Positions 48,525 to 63,100 of a DNA stretch of 64,000 nucleotides are shown one piece after another (positions within the stretch are counted from its first letter, which is position 1; every line of letters begins with the position of its first letter). Below the pieces are notes generated by a model. That model saw only the letters and a list, made by a program, of their open reading frames with translations, was not told the DNA's origin and searched no databases. A program made the position numbers and the translations under genes. The stretch covers positions 1,922,001 to 1,986,000 of the forward strand of contig NC_089432.1 of the NCBI RefSeq assembly GCF_026210795.1, in the 5' to 3' direction. This DNA comes from Rhizophagus irregularis (taxonomy: Eukaryota).

Positions 48525-49182
48525 GTAAAATGATCAATCCCAGCTCGATTATAATTCGGGTCAGGTCGATCACCCGGACCCTTTCGAAGCACTACTCGCA
48601 ACTAATTTAAGCTTGGAAATTTGTTGCTAAAATATTAATTTGTATTATGTAAATTTATTTATACGTTTTGTTTTCGAATTTAACACTGGTTCAATCGTCC
48701 TATTTTTGTTTCCAATGTAAGTTTTATCTAATCCATTAGCAGGTTTTAATGTATTGAAATTCTTTTAATTAAAGTTCTTTAACTAAAAACGCACAAATCA
48801 GCAGGTACAGTATATATTTGTAGTTTAATTATGAAATAATATTTTTCTACGCATTACATAAGCATTTGACCGGAATGCAAATGGTACATCTCATTATTCT
48901 GTTTGAAAATTTCAACAATACAAACTCTTTCTAATTGAATGAAAATATTAGTAAGCACAAATATAGTTTTGCACAATTTAGTTTCCAGAACCGGAATTAC
49001 AATAATGGTAAAACCGACGATATCCATAAAAAAGAAAAGATCTACTGATTGCACGATCATACTACTTTATATGTAACATTGTTTCAGGGTCACTTTTATG
49101 TTTGTAACACAGGCAAAATGAAATAAATAGGGTAGCACACTAGCACCTCACTACCTCACTTTATTTTTATTCATTTAAAAAA

Positions 49183-50625
49183 ATGTCGCACCTTCCTGCT
49201 GATTGCTTAAACGAGATTTTTGAATGTTTAAATGATGACAAAATTACTTTGTATTCATGCTTATTAGTTAATCGCCTTTGGTGCCAAATTTCAGTGAGAA
49301 TTTTATGGAGAAATGTTAATACATCGAATTTTAGTACTTTAATTGCATGTCTTCCAGAAGAATCAAAAAAAATTTTGGATGATAATGGAATTATTATTTC
49401 AACCCCAACTTCAAAATTTCCCACTTTTAATTATGCAACCTATTTTAAAATTCTATCAGTTAATGAAGTTTATTATAAAATTAATGAACTTATTAAAAAT
49501 CAACAAAATATTTCATATTATAATATATACAATAAAACACATTTAGTTATTCAAGAAATATTTAAAATGTTCATGAAACAAATCTCTTCTTTAAAAAGAT
49601 TAGAATTTTTACAAAATTCAAATATAAATTTCATTCTTTATCCTGGATCAAAAGATTGTTTAAAAAATCTCACAGAATTACATTGTAGTTCTAATATTTC
49701 CTCCAATTTTTTTTATCAATTATCACAAATATGTCATAATATATCATTAATAGATATAAAGATTGAAAACAATATTTCAAATGGAATTACAGAATTAATT
49801 TCTTTTCAAAAAAATTTGAAATCCTTTTACATGACTTTAAATTATGATCTAACAGATAACGTTCTTAATAATTTAATTCCATCATTGATGACAAAACTTC
49901 CTAAAAATTTAATGAAATTAGATATTTATGGAGGAATGCGTAATATTTCATTATCATTTATTGCCAATTTTACAAATTTACGAGAACTTCAATTATCATT
50001 TGAATATAGTAAATGTTTTTTGGAATTTGAAAAGTTACAATACATTATTTTCCCGCAATTACAAATTCTAAAAATTCGACATGAATGTCCAAGATATGAA
50101 TATTTAGTAAAATTTATAGAAAATAACGGAAAGAATTTAAAAGAATTAAGTATGTGTGATATTAGAGGTAATAGTGATAATTCATTAAATTTAGCTATCG
50201 CTAAATTTTGTCCAAACTTGAGAAAACTTTCTACTGGAGTTAAAAATGATGAATTGGAAACTTTAAAAATGATTTTAAATAGTTGCAGATATATAGAAAA
50301 AATTAAAATTTGGTGTGGAAGTGAATATTTGAATGAAAAAGAAGCATTGGATATGGTTGTAAAATATTCACATGAGAATATTTCTGAATTAGTATTATAT
50401 CATCAGGATTGTATACAATCAGCAGAATTACTTCCAGTAGAATTAGAGTCTTTTTTTATAAAATGGATGAGTCGTATGCCACAAAAGTCACTCTCTTTGG
50501 AAATTGTTAAATGTGAAGAAGATGATAGTTTAGATACAAATCATGAAAATATGAAAATAATTGAAAAATATACCAAATTAGGTGTTATAAAGAAATTTAA
50601 AATTACAGATTTCGAGTTATTATGA
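49183..50625 (+). CDS. F-box domain protein with LRR/RNI-like C-terminus
   Basis: N-terminal LPADCLNEIFECL..LYSCLLVNRLWCQISVRILW (F-box), NYATY motif, LxxLxL repeats; intact 480-aa single-exon ORF. Confidence 0.9.
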   Translation: MSHLPADCLNEIFECLNDDKITLYSCLLVNRLWCQISVRILWRNVNTSNFSTLIACLPEESKKILDDNGIIISTPTSKFPTFNYATYFKILSVNEVYYKINELIKNQQNISYYNIYNKTHLVIQEIFKMFMKQISSLKRLEFLQNSNINFILYPGSKDCLKNLTELHCSSNISSNFFYQLSQICHNISLIDIKIENNISNGITELISFQKNLKSFYMTLNYDLTDNVLNNLIPSLMTKLPKNLMKLDIYGGMRNISLSFIANFTNLRELQLSFEYSKCFLEFEKLQYIIFPQLQILKIRHECPRYEYLVKFIENNGKNLKELSMCDIRGNSDNSLNLAIAKFCPNLRKLSTGVKNDELETLKMILNSCRYIEKIKIWCGSEYLNEKEALDMVVKYSHENISELVLYHQDCIQSAELLPVELESFFIKWMSRMPQKSLSLEIVKCEEDDSLDTNHENMKIIEKYTKLGVIKKFKITDFELL

Positions 50626-53231
50626 ATATCAATAATTAGCACGCTTTCACCTATATTAGTTTATACTAGTGTTTTTTTGTTAATTAGTGATTTCAATTTT
50701 ATGAATTTGAAATAAATAAAATAAATATTATCTTTTATTATACATTTTTTATTTTAATGTTACGTGCGTATCAAAAATTTATTTTTTTTAGTCGGTGGTT
50801 CGTCAAAAATGGCCTCCTAGTAGTAAGAATGTTTTACAAATAATCGCTTCCGACGGACGTTTAAATAATGTTTGACAATTTCTATTTAACTATGTAAAAT
50901 ATTAATTATATTAATTCTATTGATTTTTAGATCTTTCACTATGGCCGATTTATGAAATACCCCAAAATTTGTCCGTCATGTCAAATTAAATAAATATTTG
51001 ACAGTGTTTTAGTCAATTTAAGTTCCAAATTTATTGGTGTACAGTCAAAAATGAGTTCTAAAAAATTTTTTTGTACCCCAAATCTTACGTCTAACCAATT
51101 TTCTTATTGTCTAACCAATTTTTCTAGTGTTAAAGGCTTAATTCTCGAGGCCGCAGCAGGGTTTTTGCCAAATTTCATAAATCCGCCGCAATGTAAATTA
51201 TTCTTTATTCTTTATCTTCTTCAAGAGTACTCGTAAGATCTTCGTATTATCTAACCTTTCATTATCGTTATTTTTCAGCAAACTCACTAATTCTAGAACA
51301 ACGTTTGCTTCTTGTACATTTACAAAAGGAATTGTGAATTTTAACAAGCAAAACTCCAAGTAATGATTGAAAGAAATAATCTTCATGACTTCCATTATGA
51401 TCTTGATCTTATTATTATACATAACACGATAAGTATATCGTTTCGTACAAGAATTTGCTTTATCGTTATATATTGTATTTTTACATTATTTATTATCTGG
51501 ATAATGATTAAGAGCTAGCTACCGATCAATTCCATAGAAGGATTACGAATTTTTATTGTTAGCAGAATTCATCAAAACTTCATTTAATATTTTATATAAG
51601 CCTTAGGACGTAATTAAGTTATTTGTGGAACATTGTTCGTTTATCCCGAGTCATTTTCGTTTGATCTGACATTAGGATTTAAACAAAATATGTTCAAATT
51701 GTGTTTTCAGCCATTTTTCTTGTTTATCACGAAGCTCCACTCGGCATAGTCTCGTTTGTCAAAGAATGTGACTTTGCCTAGTCATACTAAAAGAGGCTTT
51801 ATAGAAGCATTACTTGAAGTTTTATTAATAACTAGTTTGCGAATTTTCTTAGCTTTAACAGTGTATTCCTCTTCGTCTAGAGAATAATCAGAATCTAATG
51901 CTAATACATTTGAAGTATCTTTAAGATTGACGCGTTTTTTTTTTGTAACTTTACAGTATCTTTCTATTCGTCTATAGAATTATAATAAGGATCTGGTACA
52001 AATACATTTGAGAAGCCTTTAAGGTCATTGTTTTAATAGTTGGTTTACGCGTTTAATAGTTTTATTTTTATTTATATATTTACTTTTTTTGTTAGTAACG
52101 CATTTCTTTATTATATTTAACGTAATGATTAACACAGAAAAAAAATAGAAATAATAGTAGTATACAAAGATACACTATAACTAACTCCATAGTTTATGGA
52201 AAATTTAACTATTAAACTTTAATAATAATTTCTCTGTCTACTAAATATCAATATAACTAATCTAAATTGTATCTTTTATATAAAACTAAGTTAATCCCAT
52301 ATACTGTACATTCATATGAATTTTCCTGATTATTCAAAAAATTTTTTATTATTTTACGCATTTTATCACGTTTATTTCTAATCTGGATATGCCTGTTCCC
52401 ATATTTTTCTAACACACTAATTTCTTCTTTACTTCACGCTATTTTAAAGATTTTATTATTAAATAGGCCACGAGTTAATTCTCTCATCTTCTTTGTGCTT
52501 TATTTTTAATCAATATATTTGATTATTCTTTAAGAAACATTAATAATTCACGAGTATTTATCTTCCATATCTATTAACGTTTGTATAAATATTTCTTCCT
52601 TCGTATATAAATTACTAAGACAATCCCATAAACTTCCTTTTCATTAATATTCATTACCGGTCATTATCGATACTATTGGTATTTCTTTCAATTTGCTGCT
52701 GTTTCTTTAATATTCACTATCATATTATGTACTGTACAGTACATAGTCGCTTGTATTCATAATTGTCTTGATATATTTAAATTCAACTATAAAATTTTTA
52801 TATACTTAATATTATTAAAGTTATCTTTCTGTATTCAATTTTTCTACTATCTTTACCATTATGTATAATTCATCCTTATCTTTTTTCAATTAATATTTTT
52901 ATCGCAACCTTTACATAAAATCAGATTTGGCGAGTTGCCCATATTTATATCGTTTAATGGAATTAAATGTAGATCAATATTTTTAAATCTACACTATTTG
53001 ATTTCTTTTTAAATTTCGTATATAACGTTTGATTTTTCATGTCATTAAAAAATTTTTTCCGATCTTCTCTTCTTCATATAAATTAAACTTACATCTATTA
53101 CTCCAATTTTTATTAATATTAATGTATTTTTGTTTTGGATATTTAGAATCATCTTTAACTGTAACTCTTTCAATTATACCACTTCTGTACCTTTCCTTTG
53201 ATATTTAAATACATATATGTTTCCATTTCAT

Positions 53232-53397
53232 CCCTGTAAAAAAAGTCGATCCGTTTTTTGTATTCCCTCATATTTCGGAATTAATAACCTTATATCATGG
53301 AATTTATCGAATTATTTACATCTCCCGTGAATAGATCCGTGAAAGGCTCATTTTTACGGAGTTTTTACAGAAATAACGGATAAAGTTTTTTATAGGG
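53232..53397. mobile_element. CCC..GGG MITE family, copy 1 (inverted relative to the other two)
   Basis: ccctgtaaaaaa..ttttttataggg; TSD CAT. Confidence 0.88.
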
Positions 53398-53399
53398 CA

Positions 53400-53810
53400 T
53401 TATTTTGTTTGTGATGCATCTAAACATTGATCTAAGTATAATATTCCTCCTTCAAAAATTCCTTTTTTATCAGTTTTTTTAGTATTTATTCCTATTTTTT
53501 CAGATCCACTTTTTTCTTTTATATCTGATTGTGCAAGAATAGCATATGTAGTAATTATTATATCGTGATCTTTAAGGAATTCTGGATCATTATTTCGATT
53601 CTTTAAAGATTTAACCCATTTACTATATTCTTCTTTTGAGAAAATATATTTTCCTCCGGAAATTAAATGATCACCGTTATCATTCTTAATATCATGATCA
53701 TTCTTAACGTGTCTCCAATGTAAGAAATTCAATAATATCTGAGCAATTTCCTATGAAATAATTTCTTCACTATCATGATTGGCGTAATATATAAGATTTT
53801 TACTAGTCAT
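53400..53810 (-). pseudogene. Short gene fragment containing an SNF2-like segment
   Basis: DPEFLKDHDIIITTYAILA resembles the SNF2 ATPase 'DvviTTY' segment. An upstream ATG at 53810 is followed by an in-frame TAG. No other helicase motifs. Confidence 0.35.
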
Positions 53811-55002
53811 TTCTAATACGCGTTTTATAATTTTATTTATATCAGTGAATTAATATCGATAATATCGATAGGCTTCATACATTATCGACATTATCTATTG
53901 CGGCTAAAGTTGAATCGCATGAGCGATAATCAAAATTTCATCACACGTTTACACGTCATGGAGTCACACCCAAGTTTCCATGTTGAACGTGAATGTTAGT
54001 GTGAATGTCCTCTGTTCTATTCAGACAATAATAATTCAAGAGAGAATTTTTAAATGATTCATTTTGATTATGCTAACATATTGTGCTAGAGTGTTGGTCA
54101 CAAATTGATTTTAATAACTTTTAAATTCCTTACAAATATCGAATATAGCCGGCCATCGTTAGAGACTTAGAGGGTCTGAGCCGAAATTAAAATTTGACCG
54201 AATTAATGCATCACGCCCGGAATAAGAATTTTTTTTTTTTGAAAAATCAATGAAATTTTTAAAATTTATTTAAGAATAAATATTCACAATATATAATATC
54301 ATGATATTAAAAACTTGAAACTTTATATTTATTTACAAATATTTCATAGGATTTGGATGGGATGAACGTATTTGAATTGGATGGGATTCAGCAAATTATC
54401 AAATCACACACGAAGAGGTTCTTCCAGAATAAAGTTTCAATTTAACAAAATTTTATCATAATCCTTAATTTAATCGGATAAACTGTATCTTATCCTATTC
54501 CGTCATTTTTAACTTATTTGTATATAGAAAATGATAATTATTCATTTGTTTTCTGCGTACCGCGTAAAATAAAAGAGTCAAAAAAATGTAACATAGGAAA
54601 GCGTGAAATTAATATGTATCTTATACCAGGAATATAATTTGAAAATGTTTTAATTTTATTTATATCATAAATTAAATAAAGTACATATTTATCTCGCGGT
54701 TAATATTATTACACTAAAAATTAAAGCGATATTATGTATTATCAGCGTATTACTCAGCTTGAGCTCTTCGATTATGTAACAGATTCGTAGAGTTTCTTAC
54801 AGAAATGTACAAATGTAACAGAAAAGTACAGATAAAATTAAAAATTTTGAAATACAAAAAAAATTTAAATCTATATTTTCAAAGGAAGAAAAGGTGAATA
54901 ATTAACAACAAATAAATAAATGTTTGATCAATAAACCTACGATTATGATATATACTTCGCTCCGAAAAATTATTATATATATAATTCAAAATATCTACAA
55001 GT

Positions 55003-57183
55003 TTATTGAAATTCCCAATTTCCAAGATTTACAGCCTTTTGATGTAACTCAAATGCCTTTTGTTTGTCAACATCAGTTCCAACTCCATTTCGATAACAAT
55101 AACCTAAATAATTTATCCCATCTACATCATCTAAGTTTGCTGCTTTTTGATATAATTCAAACGCCTTTTGCGTATCAATACTAGTACCAATTCCATTTTG
55201 ATAACAAACCCCTAAATTAATTATTCCAAATGTATTTCCTAAGTCGGCGGCTTTTTGATATAATTCAAACGCCTTTTCCTCGTCAACACTGATTCCAATT
55301 CCATGTCGATAACAATTTCCTAAATTAATTATTCCATTTATATTACCTAAATTTGCTGCCTTCTGAAATAATTCAAATGCTTTATTCTTGTCAACATTGA
55401 TTCCAATTCCAGTTTTATAACATGATCCTAAATTTATCATTCCATACGTATTTCCTAAATTTGCTGCCTTTTGATGCAATTTAAATGCCATTTCATCATC
55501 AGCATTAGTTCCGATTCCATTGAAATAACAATTTGCTAAATTAACTATTCCAAATGTATTTCCTAAATTTGCTGCCTTTTGATATAATTCGAATGCTTTC
55601 TTTTTATTAACACTAGTTCCAAGACCATATTTATAACAATATCCTAAATAATTTACCCCTTTTGAATATACTTTTTCAGCAGATTTTTTAAATATATTAA
55701 ATGCTTTATTATGATCCTTATCAACACCATTTCCATATTTATAACAACAACCAAGATTATAATGAGCTATAATATTTCCTAAATTTGTTGCATTTTGATA
55801 TAATTCAAATGCTTTATTTTTATTGACACTAATCGCAATTCCTAAATAATTAAAATCTCCAAGTAAAACAATAGAATTTGAATGAGTTTGATTATCTAAT
55901 GACCAATTATAAATTTCTTGTGAAGTCACATTATGGTTATTTAAATAATTAAGAATATTCTGCTTCTCTTCTTCATCAACATTATCTTCTATCTTATTAG
56001 AAAGGTTAACTATCTCATCAACCATTACGCGAAAATTATTGTTAATTTGTTTATTTTTTAAATCTTTTAATTTAGAAACCACTTGATAAATACTAGGCCG
56101 ATTATCTGGCTCTTTGTTCCAACATTCTAAAAATAAAAAAAAGTTGTGATTTTTCTATATTAAAAAATTATATCGAAATCAAGAATTTGAAATCATACTT
56201 ACTAGTAAAAAGATCAACATAAACGGTAGGTGTATCAGGAATAGGTGTTTCTCTAAAACCTTTTTGTATATGCGCAATTAAATTCGAAGTTGATTTCCCT
56301 TTAGAAGGTGGTCGATCACTTGATATCTCCCAGAGAAGCACGCCAGTATTATAAATATCATTTTTTTCGTTTAAAGTAAATTTTTTCAAATTGAATTTTT
56401 TTGGATCATCATATGCAACCCTTTTTTCAAAACCAAAATCGGTCAACTTGATTGTGTTTTGATGGACTAATCCATTTTTGGAATGCTATTATTTTAAATA
56501 TAATAAATAAGATAACATAAATTATAATAATAATTTTCTGTGATACGTATTATATTCATAAAAATCAGATAATAATTACCAAATTACGGTGCATAGTTTC
56601 TTTTTCATTTAAGCATGATAATTGAGATGCTAAATCAAATTTACGATTCCAAGTGAGACTATTATAATTTTCTTTCGAATCGGTATATTCCATTACCAAC
56701 AAGTAAACCTCCGAATTATCATTTTGATTTTCTTATCAAAAAAATGTTACTAAGAATTTATTAAGTTTAAATTAAAATTAAATATTTCAATTATAAGACT
56801 ATATTATACCTTTATTATAAGAAGTAATTCCATAAAAATGAATAACATTCTTATAGAAATCCGCTTCACGATGTAATTTAAGCTAAACCATTACGTTTTA
56901 AAAAATTAAATTATTATATTATAAATTATATATAATATAAATTTATATTAATTACCTCATCAACGATTTCCTTAATTATGGTTTGGTTGACATTAGCTAA
57001 AGATTTTAACGCTAAATGTTTTTGAGTATTTTTCCAATTTGCTTGTAAGACTCTTCCAAAACTTCCAGTACCAATTTCTTTGATATTACAAAAATGATTA
57101 TATTCATAATATTTAATACGATTTTTTGAAATAGCTTCTTCAACCCAATTAGCCCAACTATTTACATTATTTGCGTCTTGCAT
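55003..57183 (-). CDS. Pseudokinase (TKL-derived) with ~8 Sel1-like repeats (exons 57183-56956, 56882-56810, 56731-56580, 56485-56203, 56126-55003)
   Basis: Same five-exon structure as the 6202-10475 gene. GTGSFG, ALK and DFG kept, but HRNL replaces HRDL and there are in-frame deletions. Sel1 repeats follow. Confidence 0.85.
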
Positions 57184-57683
57184 TTTGATAATATTATGTT
57201 AAGAAAATTTTTAAGAGGACGATCCAAACAAGAAAAGTAAAAATGTACCGTATTTAATTGTTGGAACGTAACACGATCTTTGTTTTAAGGGGCAAAGTTA
57301 TAAATGACACTTAATTTGGGATCCACCCCTGTCATTATCTATTTTAGGAAATTTAAAATTATAATTTAATTTTGTACTAAGAATGGAACGTCATTTTAAA
57401 TTACCCCTGAAAATCATTTCTTGTACTCCCCAAATTTTATTTTTATGCTGATCACGGGAAAATTCGGCAACGCGCAAAACCCTTTTACATGTATTATTCC
57501 GCAGCAAAAAAAAATTGCGAAAAATGGATAGTAAAACCGTTAAACCGTTAATGAGTTTGTAAAAACTTTTTACTGATAGCGTTGGAAAAATGTTACAATA
57601 GCACGCATCTTATTAACTTTTCGAAAATTACAAATGAAATTAATTGAGCGAGGACTTTCGTGAATGACTAGGAATTATACTAG

Positions 57684-57873
57684 CCCTATAAAAGAATTTT
57701 ATCCGTTATTTCTGTAAAAACTCCATAAAAATGAGCCTTTCACGGATCCATTCACGGAAAAAAATTGTGAATAATTTGATAAATTGCGTAATATAAAGTT
57801 ATTAATTCCGGAGATATGAGCCTTTTACGGAAAAAAGATGGAATATAAAAAACGGATTAACTTTTTTACAGGG
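57684..57873. mobile_element. CCC..GGG MITE family, copy 2
   Basis: ccctataaaagaattttatccg..ttttttacaggg; homologous to copies 1 and 3; TSD imperfect. Confidence 0.85.
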
Positions 57874-59974
57874 ATAGTTATGACAACTACAATTTTATGC
57901 TCATTAATAAACAGCTATTTTTAAGGAATTTAGGAAAATATAAAAAAATCGTAATCACACTCACATTAAACTTTAAAATTTCAAGGGGTCGCTACTAATT
58001 ACCGAAAGGGATAACGCCTATTAGGGAAAATTACGTGAGTCAATAATTATTATTCTTTTTTTTTGAAATATTTATATCGATTTTTATTAGTTTTTTATAC
58101 ATGACAAACATGATGAACATGATAAGAACCCAATAAGCACGATAAACAAGTTTTTCCCACGTAAACATGATGTTTCACGAGGAATTTATGGGATTGTAGC
58201 AATCCCTTGCATCATGAAATTTTTAGGTAGATCGATATATGTAATTCCACATGGATTAGTTCGGAAATATGTGGAATTCCCAAATATCCTACGCGAATTT
58301 TGTGGATCTACACCGAAAATACCACGTGTTTTGTCACAGGGTACTTGGAATTATTCGGATTTCCACATATTTCCACAGATTTTTGGTGGAAATAATTTCC
58401 TGATGTGTGCACAAAGACGATCATCTAAGTCGCCTTAAAAAAGAATAATCACAGAAATTATATAAATATTAGCGGTGATATGAAATGACACAAATGCGAT
58501 ATTTGTCATTTGAAATTATATCATGTGATCTGTGATGCTGGTCAAATTATTAATTATTTAATAATCATATAGCGTCATTTATGATTATCTTTTTTAGACA
58601 ATGGGCATGTTTAATAACAGGAGAGGTAGATGATGTAGTGTTGGTCGATTTAGCAGTTTCTATACTCTTTTCATTATCTACTATTTGTTTATTTATTTAT
58701 TATTTTTTTTTTTTGTTCTCAGGTGCTTTACGTGACAAAATTTCTTGCCTTTCACTCTCGTGATATTCAGATGCAAAATTCTCTCATTTTTTTATATGAT
58801 GAAAAACATACTACTTTTTTATTGGCTCTAGGTCACATAAGAAAAATTCACAAAAATTGTGCTTTTCTTTGCCCATATTAATTATTACAAACTATCAACT
58901 TGTATATACTGAAATACGAAATATGCTTTAAAAATTGAGAATATGAAGTGCAAAAGAAAGAGATCATAATAAATTTGTGTCGCATATCTCCTAAATTTCC
59001 CAAATTTAAATAGACATTGTATGATTGTCAAGCTATTTTCGGGATATTATCAATATGCTTTTTTGAGTTTCGATCAACAAATTAAATTATGTAATGCGGT
59101 ACAAAATTAATTTATTAATTGTTAATGACAATTGTTATTGTCATTGTCGCTTAAAAATGACATATATATGTCATTTTGTCATTTAAATGACATTTTCTTT
59201 AAATGATATGAATTTTCATGCCATTTAGATATCATTTATTAGAGTTTAGCGATAAACCGGTTATCATTTAAAATCGAATATTAATATAAACGGATTAACC
59301 AGTTGAAGATTGATTTGGATAATTTATATTACTAATTAAGGTAAATTTATTATATTTGTAAATCGTTTTTAATGGTGATATTCTTAATTTAATATTCATC
59401 AGCAGTATTATCCAATACAAAATATTATAATAAATGAAAAATAATAATAAATTATGGTTAGTGAACACCATTTGATCATTGGTCGATTAGACGATTACAA
59501 CAAAATAAATTATGGGTTCAACCAACCAATCGGTTTAAATCAATATTCAGTTTTAAACAATAACTGATTCTAACCTCTACTGATATACAAAGGAAACTAA
59601 CAATTAATATATATATGGTAATTAATGTATGGTAATTATCGATATTGAGATCCCATTTTAATATGGGTGAAGTTAGCGCTTTATTTTCAGATGCTTGGAA
59701 ATAGCATGACAAATAAACAAACACGCCCTTGGTCCAAAAGATTTCAAGAAATTCTTTTTATTAAAAAAAAAAAATTCAAAATATATTGATATGTTCACGC
59801 TGCTAATAAGGTAATATCCTAATTACATAATTGAAGCGTTCTCTTATAGTAAACTAATTTATTTTTTTGTTAAGTATTATACAAGATTTCCATATTTTAC
59901 TTTATTTATTTATTTTTTTTAACACTATAAATTCTGTAATTAAGCATTTATATAAATAAAATATACAACGCAAT

Positions 59975-60138
59975 CCCTATAAAAAATTTTATCCGTTATT
60001 TCTGTAAAAACTCCGTAAAAATTAGCCTTTCATGGATCCGTTCACGGAAAATGTAAATAATTCGATAAATTCCGGAAATATGAGCCTTTTACGGAAAAAA
60101 GATGGAATATAAAAAACGGATTGACTTTTTTTACAGGG
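59975..60138. mobile_element. CCC..GGG MITE family, copy 3
   Basis: ccctataaaaaattttatccg..tttttttacaggg; TSD AAT. Confidence 0.88.
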
Positions 60139-63100
60139 AATAAATATCAAAAAAATTACGGCGTGGCCGCGTGGGTTAAAATTGATAGAATAGATAAATA
60201 AAATAAATAAACCAATTAAACGCAAAATTTATATGTTAATCGATTAATTAATCGATTAACCTTACTGATTAATTAATCAATTATTATTCGATTATTATTC
60301 AATTATGATAGCTGGTTAGTAATCGATTATTAATTGATTAAGATTATTTTTTTGATCGATTCCAACCTCTAGTATAATCAAAAGAAAATAAAGATTTTTT
60401 TCAGAAAAAAAGAGGGGATACTATACATAGGGGCCCGTGATATACGGTAAATTAATAAATATTATAAATTTGATTTAATAATTAATTGTTTTTATGTCCA
60501 ATATTACCTTTGCATTTGTTAGATTGAACATTACGGGCCCTTCATCATGTCCTCAACCAGGTATATTATACATTAATTATTGCCTTAACGGTCATATTTT
60601 TTGTAATATATATTTCGGTATTTCCACGACATATTATATTACTTGGCCATATTATAAATAATTTATAATCTAGTTTCGTGTTATATATATTCACATAAGA
60701 TATTTAGAAACTGATTATGATTTATTATTTTATCCCATCGGTATTATGTATACCCCGATGGATTTTTTTGTAAATTACTTTACCGGTATAAAAAAAGTAT
60801 AAAAAAGTATAAAATCCATAAAGCAACGGTTAATATTTTATTTATTCATGTTATTCATTGATATCCATGGAATAACAGGTATGTATTACGCAGTGATCTT
60901 TTGATATTCATACATCATTGTATAATTTTCTTAGCGGGACTGTATTGACCCAGCCCAGACCCGGATCCGAGTTTGGGCCGGCAAATTTTCTTTCAAAATT
61001 CACCGGGGCTCAGCAGGACCCCGAACAATACATGAAAAGGTAACAATAGAGAGTTTGCGTAGAATGAGCCCAAAAGTATGTAGATCATTTCCTTTTTTGG
61101 ATAATTCTGACCAGCATTACATAGTGCCGGCCCTGAAGAGATGCGTAGAGCTATTAGTAAATTTGTGCCGATCTCTTGTTACCTATTTATATATTGCTGG
61201 CTCAGCACATTATTTTTTTGTTAAACCCGGATTTTTATAATTCTGGCCAAAATCGCCTTAATTTTGGCCGAAATCAAACTGGCCGAAATTAAGTTGGCCG
61301 ATTTTTTTGTTTTTATACAAAATTGATATAGTAATTGGTCTGGGCCAGGCTGGGCCGGGCACTTTAGGTTAATTTTCAAGCGCAGACCAGGTCAGATTGA
61401 TTGCAAAATAGTGGTCAATTCGACATCTAGCATAGTATATATATTCAATAATTTCATGCTACAAACCACACTATTCAGATTCGATAATTATTTTGTGACC
61501 AATAATATTTATAATCATAAAAGCTTCGTGCCGTACTTACAATTAGAATGGCTATATATAAAAAAATTTTCATTGAAAAAAATTTAATTTAGAAATAAAA
61601 CTAGAAAAAACGGAAACTGTTTTAAATCTTTCGTAAATAACCTAAAAATCGTAGAAAAAATTATACTATCAAAGAGTGTATAACCAAAAAGGAAAAGGAG
61701 GACAAGCATTGTCCCAAAAAGACAATTGAGATGACGCAGGTTGATAAGAAGGAAAATGCATTAATTATGTGCCATTTCATTATTTAAGCGCTAAAAATAC
61801 AAGCTTAAATACATACATATTTACATTTTACTGTAAACCGATGAAAAGTGACTAGATAGAGGGATTTTTATATATTATCAACAAATATTGGTTCCAAAGT
61901 TTGTGACTGCCGTAAAGACGTTGTTATTATAGAAGGGTCTTTGCACAGAGTTTATAAACATTGGTTTTCATGGGGTATGCTTATGGCGGGTATATATATG
62001 TGATTGTACAGAGGGTGACTATAGAGGTAGGGCGGATTGTATATGTTTCCGATCTCCTTGTGCATAATAACTCTCGGATTATCATCGCCTCAAATTTCAC
62101 AATACACGATTGCCTACTGTACAATAAAATCTTAATTATATTGGAATCATCCATATTATTTTTACTATACATTATATGCAATATAAAGAATATTTGTGCA
62201 AAAGTTTCAAGTTTGGCAGATGCGTATTCATCTTCACATATCAATTTTTGACTGATGATCGGGAAAAATGACTGAATTATCAAATTATACTAATAATCAC
62301 ATAATTAAAATTATATAATAATTTAATGCTTTAACTTGGATTTCCATTATTTTTTGCCACATTACAATATTTTTCTTGTCCTTCTTCTAATGGCGCTTCG
62401 CATTCTTGACAAATCCGTTCTTCGACCAAATTTTTCTTACTCGAACTCGCCATAAACCATTCGTCATCACTATCATATTCATGATTATCCCAATTTCCCA
62501 ATCATTCCCTTCTTGTTTTCTCAATTCTTCTTTCCCCAATTTTTTAATATTAACCAAAAGATTTTTGTTAAAGTTCATTTTTATTCATTACTTTAGAAAT
62601 ATTTGTGCTTTTCAACAAGTTAACCCTAGAATTAAATGATCGGAAAATGATCGGTAAGGTGATATAAGCATGTCCAACCATACGGATATGATATGATAAT
62701 GGCTTTATCCTCTTATTCTTGTCCATTCTTTGGTCTTCCAATAGTATGATAATCTTTGCTGTTAATCGAATACCATCATGTATTGAAGAAAGAAATATCT
62801 CTTGAACTATTTTTTGTTGTGTCATAGAAACTTCATTTATATCCAGAAAAATTCGAGCATATACTATGGTAAAATAAATTCATGAACATGAGTCTTAGTC
62901 ATCAAAAGTTCACAAATCACAACGCAAATCAGCAGTCTGCCTGCGCCACATTAACAACAACCCATGCGTAGTGGTTTTCTTGATTTCCAAGGAATAAAAA
63001 CAATTGTTATTTATTGTGTGAAAAACTTAAAATGTTCCTAAGATTTTTAAATGTTGCCCTATACAAATTTATTATTATTGTATTAAAGTATCTGATTTTC

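Noticed and set aside
51198..53200. Possible decayed retroelement coding on the minus strand
   Set aside because: Only faint coding-like stretches with many stops; no motif I can assign confidently.
61961..62825. Cluster of short ORFs, possibly a small spliced gene on the minus strand
   Set aside because: No recognisable domain and no consistent exon model could be built.
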